IMG/VR virus record: IMGVR_UViG_3300048574_000462 | Location: 1-64,000 of that record | Strand: one strand, 5' to 3' | Source: a virus | DNA: 64,000 nt | Part shown: positions 38,713 to 47,621 of the stretch, piece by piece | Numbering within the stretch: the stretch's first letter is position 1 | How the letters are laid out: each line of letters begins with the position of its first letter | The notes under the pieces: generated by a model | Told to the model about the DNA's origin: nothing | What the model saw: only the letters and a program-made list of their open reading frames with translations | Database searches by the model: none | Program-made: the position numbers and the translations under genes

Positions 38713-39450
38713 TTACACAACATTAAATGGCGGCATAGCTTGCACAATTTTACCATCAAGGAGCTTACCGTTAGCTTTTTTGCTTCGCTTAATCCCATCA
38801 GGTCCCCACGTCCCCCATTGTTTAAAAAAGAATGGTATGTTTCTATCATTGGCCTGGGCTTGTATTGACATAACCCATTCCGGGCTCATAGGACGTGCTT
38901 GAACGCCACTTTCACCTCCAACAATGATCCAGTTGATATCCGATAAATCAAGTCTGCCTAAGTCCTCTAGAAGAGGTTCGCAAGATAAAAAACGAACAGA
39001 CGATTTTACATTTCTAAGAATGTCAATTCTTGACTTAGCCTCTACATCCTCTACTGTAACGCCTAACCAGACATTGGATGGCACAGTATTATTTCCAAAA
39101 TACTCAGCCATTCTTCCGGCGCGTTTTGTAAGTATCTGATAACGATGGTGTGTGGCTTTCTGAATTGTATCCATTACTCTATCGATAAACGAAAAAGGGA
39201 CAGATTCATGGAACAAGTCTGCCATTGAACAAACAAAAATCGTATGCGGAGCTTTCCAACTAATCGGCTCATCAAGAGCATCTTCGTGGACCGTCGGCAA
39301 AAAGCCATTTGAATATTTCTCGACCCCCATTGCCTTAAGCCGATTGGCCATTATCTCAGCGTAACAATGCACGCATCCCGCCGATATCTTTGTGCAACCA
39401 GTGACGGGGTTCCATGTTCTTTCTGTCCATTCAATCTTCGTTACGCTCAT
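38713..39450 (-). CDS. DUF5131 / phage Gp37-Gp68 family three-Cys protein
   Basis: IEWT..TWNPVTGCTKIS.GC.HCYA, F..SM.DLFH, QILTKR, FLSCEPLL, WIIVGGESG, FFFKQWG. Confidence 0.92.
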   Translation of the reverse strand: MSVTKIEWTERTWNPVTGCTKISAGCVHCYAEIMANRLKAMGVEKYSNGFLPTVHEDALDEPISWKAPHTIFVCSMADLFHESVPFSFIDRVMDTIQKATHHRYQILTKRAGRMAEYFGNNTVPSNVWLGVTVEDVEAKSRIDILRNVKSSVRFLSCEPLLEDLGRLDLSDINWIIVGGESGVQARPMSPEWVMSIQAQANDRNIPFFFKQWGTWGPDGIKRSKKANGKLLDGKIVQAMPPFNVV

Positions 39451-40037
39451 TTTATATCTCCAAACGTAATTCGCATTTTATCAGAAAAAGTACCTTTCTT
39501 CGGCTGCTTATCTGTTGTTGGATCTTTCGCCACAACTTTCCCTTCACCATATAGTTTCATAAGAACATCCTTATAATTCTTCTTAATGTATGGCCTATCA
39601 ACACTATGCTCTTCGTACAGGCGCATAAAATCGATCGTTTTACCCGCGTACTCCGATAAAAGCATGCCGCTCAATTTTTCTAACGGCGTAGATAATAAAT
39701 CAAATATAGAGCCTTGCCTGAAATGAGCATATCGTGGATTGTATTCAAATGTTGAGACGCATTCGTTATTTTCGGAACATTCCTTATGCATAATTCCTTT
39801 CATAATATCGTATCCTAGGAAGTTTTTGCTCAAGAATATTAAATGATGACTTGTTCGAGTTCCACTATCATTACGAAATCTAAACGGCAAAACAAAACGG
39901 CTCCCATTCTGACGCAACGAGTCGCATAACGCCTGCACAACAATCATTTCCCGTTCGTCTGGTGTTTTGCCGAAGCACTCTTGTTGAAGCGTGCCTAGAC
40001 GCTCTTCACCAAACAAAGAAACCATATGAGTCCTTAT
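39447..40037 (-). pseudogene. tcmP: tcmP 3' fragment (downstream of IS)
   Basis: In-frame continuation ..IRTHMVSLFG.. once the IS and one TSD copy are removed; YVLPF-like FVLPFRF, HLIF.SKN..G..IMK. Confidence 0.8.
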
Positions 40038-41484
40038 GAGCTTGTCCCAAGCGGCGTGGAATTTGAGGAAGGAGGAACGAAGAAAAAAGGCGACAACACC
40101 GTCAGAATCTGTTATTCTATAGCTGACAACACAAGAAAACAGATAGGGAGGAATTGTCACCATGAGTATAGTATACCGCAAGAATTCCGGGAGCGTCAAG
40201 GGAGCAATTGGGTTAATTGATTACGAACTGATCGAAGCAAAGGCAAGCGAGGGATTGCTGAGAGTATCGGTCGAGATAGGACTGGAAGTAGTTCGACAGA
40301 TGATGGAGACAGACGTAACCGAACTGGTTGGCAGCAAAGGGAAACACAATCCCGGGCGAACGGCGTATCGGCACGGCTGGGATGAGAGCAAGGTCGTATT
40401 GGGGAGCGAAAAAGTATCTGTAAGACGCCCGCGAGTACGCGGGACGGACGGAACAGAAATGCCGATCAAGAGTTTGGGACTATTTCAAACAGACGATCCA
40501 ATGAATGACGCGATACTGTCGAGGTTGCTCAGTGGGGTGAGCACGCGAAAACTGTGCAGAACGACGGATGAACTCGTGGATGATCCTGCTTGCGTCAGCA
40601 AAAGCGAAGTGAGCCGGCGATTCAGAAGCGGCATGGAAAAGGCAATGGCTGAGTTCTTCGGGAGGCGGATCGAGGGCAGCATGCCAATCATGATGTTGGA
40701 CGGTATGGGGCTTGGAGATATGACAATCGTAGCTGCGATGGGGATCGACGAGGAAGGGCACAAGCATATGCTGGGCTTGACGGAAGGCGGAACGGAAAAC
40801 AGCGAGGTGGTGAGTGCGTTGTTGAACGACATGATTTTGCGGGGTTTGGACGCGCAGGAACCGCGGCTATATGTTCTTGACGGCGGGAAAGCGCTGAGCA
40901 AAGCCGTCAAAGATACGTTTGGGAAAAAGGCCGTGGTACAGCGCTGTCAGGTGCACAAGAAACGGAACGTGCTGGCGCATCTACCGAAATCGGAGCAAGA
41001 GAACGTAAGCAAGCGACTGACGATGGCATATCGGGAATTTGATTACGAGAAAGCTAATTCGAGCCTTGAACTTCTGGCGAAAGAGATGGATCTGCGTTAT
41101 CCAAAGGCATCGGATAGCCTGCGTGAAGGACTGGAGGAAACGCTGACCGTGCATCGGTTGCGCGTCCCCGGCTTACTGCGAGAGACGTTATCGAGTACAA
41201 ACGCGATGGAATCGGCGAATTCCGTTTGCGCCGGTGTTCTCCGCCGCGTAACCAATTTCAAGCATGGCGGGACGACGCTTCGGCATGCCGCAGCCGGGTT
41301 CATGGAGGCCGAGCGCAGCTTTCACAGAGTGAGGGGCTATAAGCAGATTCCTTCACTGAAAATGAATCTGGCTCGATTGACAGAAACTGGGGATTGGTCT
41401 ATACTGGGCGTAGCTTGATGGGAGACGGGTTGCTTTGGTGTCGCCATGCCTCTTATCAAATTCCACGGAGTCTGGGACAGGCTC
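40038..41484 (+). mobile_element. IS256-family insertion sequence
   Basis: Imperfect terminal IRs (GAGCTTGTCCCA..CGTGGAATTTGA vs GAGCCTGTCCCA..CGTGGAATTTGA) and 9-bp TSD AGTCCTTAT at 40029-40037 and 41485-41493. Confidence 0.93.
40162..41418 (+). CDS. IS256-family (mutator-type) transposase
   Basis: YRHG, RPRVR, GVSTR, MLDG, G.K..LG, LDG.K.L, QRCQVHK.RN, STN.MES.N. Confidence 0.93.
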   Translation: MSIVYRKNSGSVKGAIGLIDYELIEAKASEGLLRVSVEIGLEVVRQMMETDVTELVGSKGKHNPGRTAYRHGWDESKVVLGSEKVSVRRPRVRGTDGTEMPIKSLGLFQTDDPMNDAILSRLLSGVSTRKLCRTTDELVDDPACVSKSEVSRRFRSGMEKAMAEFFGRRIEGSMPIMMLDGMGLGDMTIVAAMGIDEEGHKHMLGLTEGGTENSEVVSALLNDMILRGLDAQEPRLYVLDGGKALSKAVKDTFGKKAVVQRCQVHKKRNVLAHLPKSEQENVSKRLTMAYREFDYEKANSSLELLAKEMDLRYPKASDSLREGLEETLTVHRLRVPGLLRETLSSTNAMESANSVCAGVLRRVTNFKHGGTTLRHAAAGFMEAERSFHRVRGYKQIPSLKMNLARLTETGDWSILGVA

Positions 41485-42048
41485 AGTCCTTATAGCATCA
41501 TTATTGACACCCATGTTCACGCGATTATAGTTAAAGAAAAACACACAATCACATCCCCAATCTTTGATAATCGAGGACACTAAGTTGAGCGAAAGCCCTT
41601 TATACCCCCACGGATCGACAAAGAAAAATGCTGGGACGAGCTTTATTCGACTAAACATTTCAGCAATTTCGTCTCCAACCTCTTCATTATAGAACGCTGG
41701 AAGGTACTTGAGCCTTTCTATGCCGGGGAGTTGACTTATTGAAGTTTTGAGGCTCTCAATATTTGCTAGATCCTTATCATTAAACCACGTAATTATTCTT
41801 CCTGAAAGTTCAGGGCTGCTGAGGATGGTTTCTAAAACCAACAAGGGAGTGGATTTGCTCTGATCATCATATCTGCCTGGCCCTGCAAACAAATCAATAT
41901 ACGCCATTCTTTGGACGTGCTGAGGATACTTCTTCTGTGTGGCAAGTATTACTTTTGCCCATGCATCAAAGTACTTCGCAACAATTCTAGCCTTTATCAT
42001 TGATTGTTCGCGCTGTTCCTGAAAAAAGTTGTTAGCCACACGTGTCAC
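41485..42048 (-). pseudogene. tcmP: Three-Cys-motif partner protein TcmP, 5' fragment
   Basis: S..K..I..KY..AW, YIDLFAGPG, FFFVDPWGYKG; cotranscribed upstream of DUF5131. Confidence 0.85.
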
Positions 42049-42255
42049 TCCCTTTCAAATTCCATCGACGTTTCTGGTCAGTTCCCCTTGTGCGCATTTT
42101 CTTGATACGTCATGTTGAACACCATATCGGACAGCCACTTCTTAAAGGAAGGATTGTCCTGAAACTGCTTGAACAGCTCCATGTTGTCCGACATAATGGA
42201 AAAGATCACCTGTTGCAAGGCGCACTCACTCTCCATTTGACATTCCGGTATTCAA

Positions 42256-45060
42256 TCAGAAAATACCATCTGTTTCTAAAATATGGTCTAGCTCGTCGTT
42301 ATTCTGCGCTTTCAGCACCTTGTCACGAACAGCCCCATGCGACAGATCAAGACGCTTGAAACGCGTTTTTCCTGCGGCATCCTTTCCTGTGCGAATCAAC
42401 TGCACGCGTCCAATGCAAGGCTCGTTTTCGGCATACTTAGCAAAGCCCTTCGCCTTGCCGAGATTATCCTTGAATTCCGGGTTGTGTGGTTCGAGGATGT
42501 CCACGACGTAGTTCAGTTCTGGATCGCCTCGAATAATCAGGAAATCGGGATATGTGGCCTTCACTTCGCCGTTGATCTCATACGGAATGCACAGCGACCA
42601 CGATACGCGAGGCGGATTCCGCAGCCAGCACACGAAGTCAGGCCGCTTTTCCTCTTCGGCGATCAGGTCATCTTCCCAACCGTTCAGTTTGATAATGGCA
42701 ACTCCATTTTCGTCTGCGAACAGATGATTATCGTATTCTTTACCGTCTTTTTCATTCTTCACGCTGATTGTCTCCGGCAGGGTGAAGCTATGCTTACTGA
42801 TCACATCACCGTCCGCGATGATGTCGCTGTACTGCTTCCGGCACTTTTCGGATTTACCAACGATATACTTGCGATACTTATCATTGAGACCATGGAATTT
42901 CTTCTCCGCGTAGCGGTTCATTGTGGCGATGCAGTCATCGTCTGCAGCGAAAAGGATGCAGTCGATTTTATAGGCGGAGGGATCGTCCTCGTTGAAATAT
43001 TGCTGCCCATAGCAATTCGGGAAGCCATAACCGCTCATCCGGGCATCTGCAGCGCGAAGCTGACGATCCAGATCGCTCTCGGAGGCAGCCAAGAAGCCCT
43101 GCGCCATACCGTTGTCCAGAGATTCGCCGAACACGTCAAAAACGCGAACAGATAGCTTGAAGGACAGCACCTGACTGGCTAATTCTTTATACTTTCCCGT
43201 ATAACGCAGCTCCTCTGCGTAATGGCGGATCATATCCACAACATCGGCCTTAACCTCATCAGTCGCAGCCGGGAAGATGGCTTCGCGCGTCAGCAGACTG
43301 GCAAGGTTCAGTAGGGACTTCATATAGTTATTGATCTTTACTGAGCGCACCATATATGTCAGCAGGGATTGATCGTTGATGAACTTCGTAATCGCTTCCC
43401 GGTCGATGCCTGCACCCGCCATGCGCGTCTGAACACCGGCAGGAGATGTTTCTGTGCGCGCGGAGGTGGGCTTGACGGGAACTGTCAGAGTCGGCTCGGT
43501 CTGCGGATGCACAGGATTAGGCACATACGGTTCCTCTGTATGGTGAACCGGCGCATCTCCTGACAGCCTGTTTTGTCCTAGCTGTGTGGCGGGCTGAATA
43601 GGCGTCACAGCACAAGTTGTCAAGTTGGAGAAACTAATCTGACCAGGAACCTGTTGCGCTTCCCTGTGGTGCTGCGTATGCACTGTCCACGACACATACA
43701 CCTGCTGTTCCAGCGATTCCCCATCGATTACAGTCGGAATATCGCCACCTTCAGTGCTTTGCAGCTCATCAATGACGGACTTTACCGTATTCTGGTTGAA
43801 ATACGGTAGGTACAACCGCACATCGTTCAGCGAATCATCAACGAGGATATGGCATTGCAGCGGAGTGCGCACCATGCGCCCAAGAAGCTGCGCAATATAG
43901 GTGGCATCCTCTGCATGACGGAAGGACATCATCGTTTCGGCACGAGGGCAATCCCAGCCCGTGGAGAGGTTCTCCTTGAACAGCACCACACGGATGCGCT
44001 TGTCCTCGGAAATCTCAGAAGGCTCGATGCGCTCCACCTGCAAACCGTTGATGGTCAGCGCAGGCGTAGAGCCAAAGGTGTGCACCACTTCATGTTCGCG
44101 GAAGCGTGTGCCGAGGCGCTCCTCGACCTTTGCAATGACATCATCGAGTTTCGTGTCGGACACAGCTTTGCCGCTGCCTGCAAGCACCTGAATCAGGAAG
44201 ATAGGGTTCACCTGCGCATAGTGTTGTTCATAGGAATACTGATACCAATGCTCGCACTTCTTGCGCCATTCGTCCGTGGCCGCCTGCAAGAGCGCCATTT
44301 CGTTGTTCCGCTGCGGATCGTCCGGGTAGGTGATGACGATGCGATCCTTCAGCAAGCCGGAAGTGCGCACATCATTTGCCGAGACGATGCACTTCTGTAG
44401 GGTGGAGGTGGTGTCGCCGACCAGCTTGTTGAAGCGCTCCGCCGTAGCACTGATGCCAATAACCACGGGCATGGGTGGCAGCTTCACTTCCGGGCTTCCC
44501 TTTAGAAAGCGCTGCATGATGGAGGTGGCCTTCCCGGCCTCGCGTCCTTGTGCGCCACGATGCGCTTCATCGATGAGGAAATAGAGCCGGTCGCTCTTTT
44601 CCCGTACGGTGTTTGCTAGCGTTTCCCAGATAGTGTACTGCCGGGTGTCGGAGTGCTTTCCCAGATTCCCAGCCTTGCCGAGCTTCTGCGTGTTGAGGAA
44701 GTAAATATGCCCGTCATCCAGCATCTCCATGTCGAAGGACTCGTCCTCAATGGTGACACACTGCCCAAAGCGAATCTTATCCGCCTTCAGGTCGAATTTC
44801 TGCTTTGACTGTGCATTAAGCTCAGGAGAATCTGACAACCAGACGAAAATTGCCTCTGGCTGCTCGGTAAACTGCTCGGTTCCGAAGTATATGTCCTCTA
44901 CGAGCGCAGCCATGATAATGGTTTTGCCGGAGCCGGTCGGCGCCTGCAGAGAAACCACCTGCGGAATGTGAGTGCGATGATAGCTGCCCAGTGCTTCTGC
45001 AAGTTTTATGCGCAGGTCGGTAACTGCCTTTTTCTGAAATGGAAATAATTCAACCCTCAT
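42256..45060 (-). CDS. res: Type III-like restriction helicase/endonuclease subunit
   Basis: APTGSGKT, DEAH, SAT, L.TGWDCP, Q..GR..R, C-terminal YPDF...ILEPH. Confidence 0.85.
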   Translation of the reverse strand: MRVELFPFQKKAVTDLRIKLAEALGSYHRTHIPQVVSLQAPTGSGKTIIMAALVEDIYFGTEQFTEQPEAIFVWLSDSPELNAQSKQKFDLKADKIRFGQCVTIEDESFDMEMLDDGHIYFLNTQKLGKAGNLGKHSDTRQYTIWETLANTVREKSDRLYFLIDEAHRGAQGREAGKATSIMQRFLKGSPEVKLPPMPVVIGISATAERFNKLVGDTTSTLQKCIVSANDVRTSGLLKDRIVITYPDDPQRNNEMALLQAATDEWRKKCEHWYQYSYEQHYAQVNPIFLIQVLAGSGKAVSDTKLDDVIAKVEERLGTRFREHEVVHTFGSTPALTINGLQVERIEPSEISEDKRIRVVLFKENLSTGWDCPRAETMMSFRHAEDATYIAQLLGRMVRTPLQCHILVDDSLNDVRLYLPYFNQNTVKSVIDELQSTEGGDIPTVIDGESLEQQVYVSWTVHTQHHREAQQVPGQISFSNLTTCAVTPIQPATQLGQNRLSGDAPVHHTEEPYVPNPVHPQTEPTLTVPVKPTSARTETSPAGVQTRMAGAGIDREAITKFINDQSLLTYMVRSVKINNYMKSLLNLASLLTREAIFPAATDEVKADVVDMIRHYAEELRYTGKYKELASQVLSFKLSVRVFDVFGESLDNGMAQGFLAASESDLDRQLRAADARMSGYGFPNCYGQQYFNEDDPSAYKIDCILFAADDDCIATMNRYAEKKFHGLNDKYRKYIVGKSEKCRKQYSDIIADGDVISKHSFTLPETISVKNEKDGKEYDNHLFADENGVAIIKLNGWEDDLIAEEEKRPDFVCWLRNPPRVSWSLCIPYEINGEVKATYPDFLIIRGDPELNYVVDILEPHNPEFKDNLGKAKGFAKYAENEPCIGRVQLIRTGKDAAGKTRFKRLDLSHGAVRDKVLKAQNNDELDHILETDGIF

Positions 45061-45062
45061 TG

Positions 45063-47150
45063 TCAGTTCCTCCCTGTATTGATTCTAAAATTATCAAAGT
45101 AATCGCGATAAAGCTGGAAGGTGTGCGGCGCATTCAGGTTTTTCGCCATGGCGCAGTATCCGGCTTCATAATCGGTGACAATGTACACCGTTTGGATTTC
45201 GGGGAGAGCATTGACCTGTTCCGCAAAATCGCTGAAGGCGGATTCCACCGTCAGTACGGCAAAGCGGTTTTCAGGCAACACCAGCATGGTGGGCGTTTCT
45301 CTATCTTCCAGCGTGGGGCATGCCCCGTGCGCACCGGCTTTCATCCACAGCGTCGGCAGCATCTCCTTGAACTGACGACCCAGTGCAATACTGGTCTTGT
45401 TCAAGAAGCTCAGCTTGAAGAAGGCAGCGTTCGCCTTGAAGCCGTCCGCCATGGGAATCTCGCTGCCGATGTATTCGCCCTTGAGCGGCTGACCGTTCAC
45501 ATCATGGCCTACGATGGAACAGACTGTGCGAGGCCATGTGACGTAACGAGCAATGCCGAGTCTTTCCCATTCGGGATCGCCGGGGTGATAGCCCTGTGCC
45601 GTCAGCGACTTGGCTTCATTGTCGGACACCTCGTTGTTTGTCACCATGATGCATCGACGATGCCCGCCGTCCTCGGCATTGAGAAGGTTGACGGCATGAA
45701 GGGTTGTGCCAGAACCGGCAAAAAAGTCGATGATTAATGCACACGGTTTTTCTTTTACAAAAAAACGAATTGCATCTTCCACTGCATACAAAGACTTCGG
45801 AAAGGCAAACCGTCTACCCGGTATCAATGAGCCAATTATGTTGGTTCCATATGCGCCAGCTTCATGAGCCGTCATGTTCCACTGGGTTTTAGGCGCTGTT
45901 GTTTTTGAATCGTCTACATAAACAACTTCCAGAGAACCATTGGCATCTCGCCCAATTACTTTAATAGTTCCGTCTTCAATCTGTTTCAGTTGATTGTTCG
46001 TAAGGTAGGATATAGAAGCCCCCTTACCTTTCGTAGGTTTTCCAAATTTAACAGCTCCGATTTCATAAAGCTTGCGAAAGGTTGACGGAACCATTCCCCA
46101 ACTATACTCTTCACCATCTCGTACAGGAGGCCAAATTTCATAAGTGCCTTCTGGAGCAACCGGAATATTTTCTCCTTCGTAAACCGCATTTCCAACAGAA
46201 TGAAAAGAGTCATCGCTGCAGTTAAAATAAACAGGATACCATGAACCAGGATTAACTGGCCGCAACCCTTTTCGCCCCGTTCGAGGAAAGCCACGCCATC
46301 TTACATTTGTGTCTTGAGACACATCTTGGGTTAGCATATCACTTCCTGTTCGGGACAAAGTATAATTGCCTATCATTACGAAATATATAAACTCGTTTAC
46401 TCGGCTAAATTCATTAGTCCGAGCTGTTCCCTTTGGGTTAATAATGCTTGATATCATTTGTATTTTTGCATCTGGGAATAATTCCTCCAGCAAGCATCCA
46501 AGATGCAGATACTCTTTTTCATCAATGGTCACGATCAGCACAGAATCCTTCGGGTTCAGTAGCTTCTTGGCGATCTTAAGCCGTTTTTGCATCATTGACA
46601 GCCATTTGCTGTGGCGATAGGTGTCGTTGCCATCTACATAGTCATTGTTGTACTTCCAGTCTCTTGCACCGGTATTGTACGGCGGATCGATATAGATGCA
46701 GTCCACCTTTCCGGCATAGAGGTATTCTAGGAACTGTAGGGCATGGTAGTTGTCCGCTTCGATCAGCACATGCCACAGGTCGCTGTCGGGCGCGTTGCAC
46801 ACGGTGTCGATGGGCTTGAGGTGCGGATAGATCGGCTCACCGAATTCAGCCACGGATACCAGATCCGCCACAGGAAACGATACAGACTCCCCGCCCGCTT
46901 TCGGTAAACAGATCGCCTGACCATCGGCTAGCCTTAGCACAACATAATTGTCGCTCATCTTGCCGGTTTTAAGCGCAACCAAGCTTCCCTTGTTCACGGG
47001 AACATCATACAACGGGGCGCATTCGGGGAGATGCTCTTCAAAAACCAGGCCGAATTTTTTCTGCTTGTTCATACGGTCTACTTCCCGCTGAATGCGCTCT
47101 CGCAGTTCAGGGTTATCAATTTGGTTGATCAGATCATTGATTGCAGCCAT
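45063..47150 (-). CDS. mod: Type III-like N6-adenine DNA methyltransferase (beta class)
   Basis: IYIDPPYNTG, HSKWLS.M..RL, FPKS, DFFAGSGTT. Confidence 0.92.
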   Translation of the reverse strand: MAAINDLINQIDNPELRERIQREVDRMNKQKKFGLVFEEHLPECAPLYDVPVNKGSLVALKTGKMSDNYVVLRLADGQAICLPKAGGESVSFPVADLVSVAEFGEPIYPHLKPIDTVCNAPDSDLWHVLIEADNYHALQFLEYLYAGKVDCIYIDPPYNTGARDWKYNNDYVDGNDTYRHSKWLSMMQKRLKIAKKLLNPKDSVLIVTIDEKEYLHLGCLLEELFPDAKIQMISSIINPKGTARTNEFSRVNEFIYFVMIGNYTLSRTGSDMLTQDVSQDTNVRWRGFPRTGRKGLRPVNPGSWYPVYFNCSDDSFHSVGNAVYEGENIPVAPEGTYEIWPPVRDGEEYSWGMVPSTFRKLYEIGAVKFGKPTKGKGASISYLTNNQLKQIEDGTIKVIGRDANGSLEVVYVDDSKTTAPKTQWNMTAHEAGAYGTNIIGSLIPGRRFAFPKSLYAVEDAIRFFVKEKPCALIIDFFAGSGTTLHAVNLLNAEDGGHRRCIMVTNNEVSDNEAKSLTAQGYHPGDPEWERLGIARYVTWPRTVCSIVGHDVNGQPLKGEYIGSEIPMADGFKANAAFFKLSFLNKTSIALGRQFKEMLPTLWMKAGAHGACPTLEDRETPTMLVLPENRFAVLTVESAFSDFAEQVNALPEIQTVYIVTDYEAGYCAMAKNLNAPHTFQLYRDYFDNFRINTGRN

Positions 47151-47188
47151 ATGTTGAATCCTCCGTCATCTGTCGTACTTTACGCAAC

Positions 47189-47401
47189 TTATTCTGTTTT
47201 GTCATCAACCAAATCCAGGATATCCCCGATGTTGCATTGCAAGGATTTGCAGATTTTTATCAGCACATCCATGCTCACCGTTTCGCCCTTTGACATTTTG
47301 GTGATAGATGCCCAGCTGACGCCCGATGTCTCTTGCAAGTCCTTCTTTTTCATATCTTTATCAATTAAAATCTTCCAAAGCTTTTTGTAGCTTACTCCCA
47401 T
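47189..47401 (-). CDS. Cro/C1-type XRE regulator
   Basis: VSYKKLWK.LIDK.M.K.DL...G.S...I.KM.K.E.VS...L.KIC..L.C.IGDI. Confidence 0.9.
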   Translation of the reverse strand: MGVSYKKLWKILIDKDMKKKDLQETSGVSWASITKMSKGETVSMDVLIKICKSLQCNIGDILDLVDDKTE

Positions 47402-47463
47402 ATCCACGACACTCCTAACATCACTTATGGCTGTCCTGCGGTTTCGTACTACCACATATTTTC

Positions 47464-47562
47464 ATTATAGCATTCTGTTCGGCAGAGTTCAAGAGAAAAT
47501 TGCTGCATATACAAGATTAGTTCGAGTTATTGGTTGAAATCTCTTCAGGCCTATGGTATACT
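47464..47562. promoter_or_regulatory. Divergent sigma-A promoters
   Basis: Minus strand TTGAAC-17-TATAAT (47492-47464) with TGn; plus strand TTGAAA-17-TATACT (47534-47562) with TGn. Confidence 0.75.
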
Positions 47563-47621
47563 GTATGCGCTTTCGTGATGGTATCTGTAACAAGTGGTCT
47601 TGCATTTAGGGGGGCAGAAGA

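Noticed and set aside
39447-40199. ORF-track 250-aa protein as an independent gene
   Set aside because: Its N-terminus is read from the IS left end; the rest is the 3' half of tcmP
45063-47150. Phase variation of mod by simple sequence repeats
   Set aside because: No long tandem repeat tract seen in the gene or its promoter
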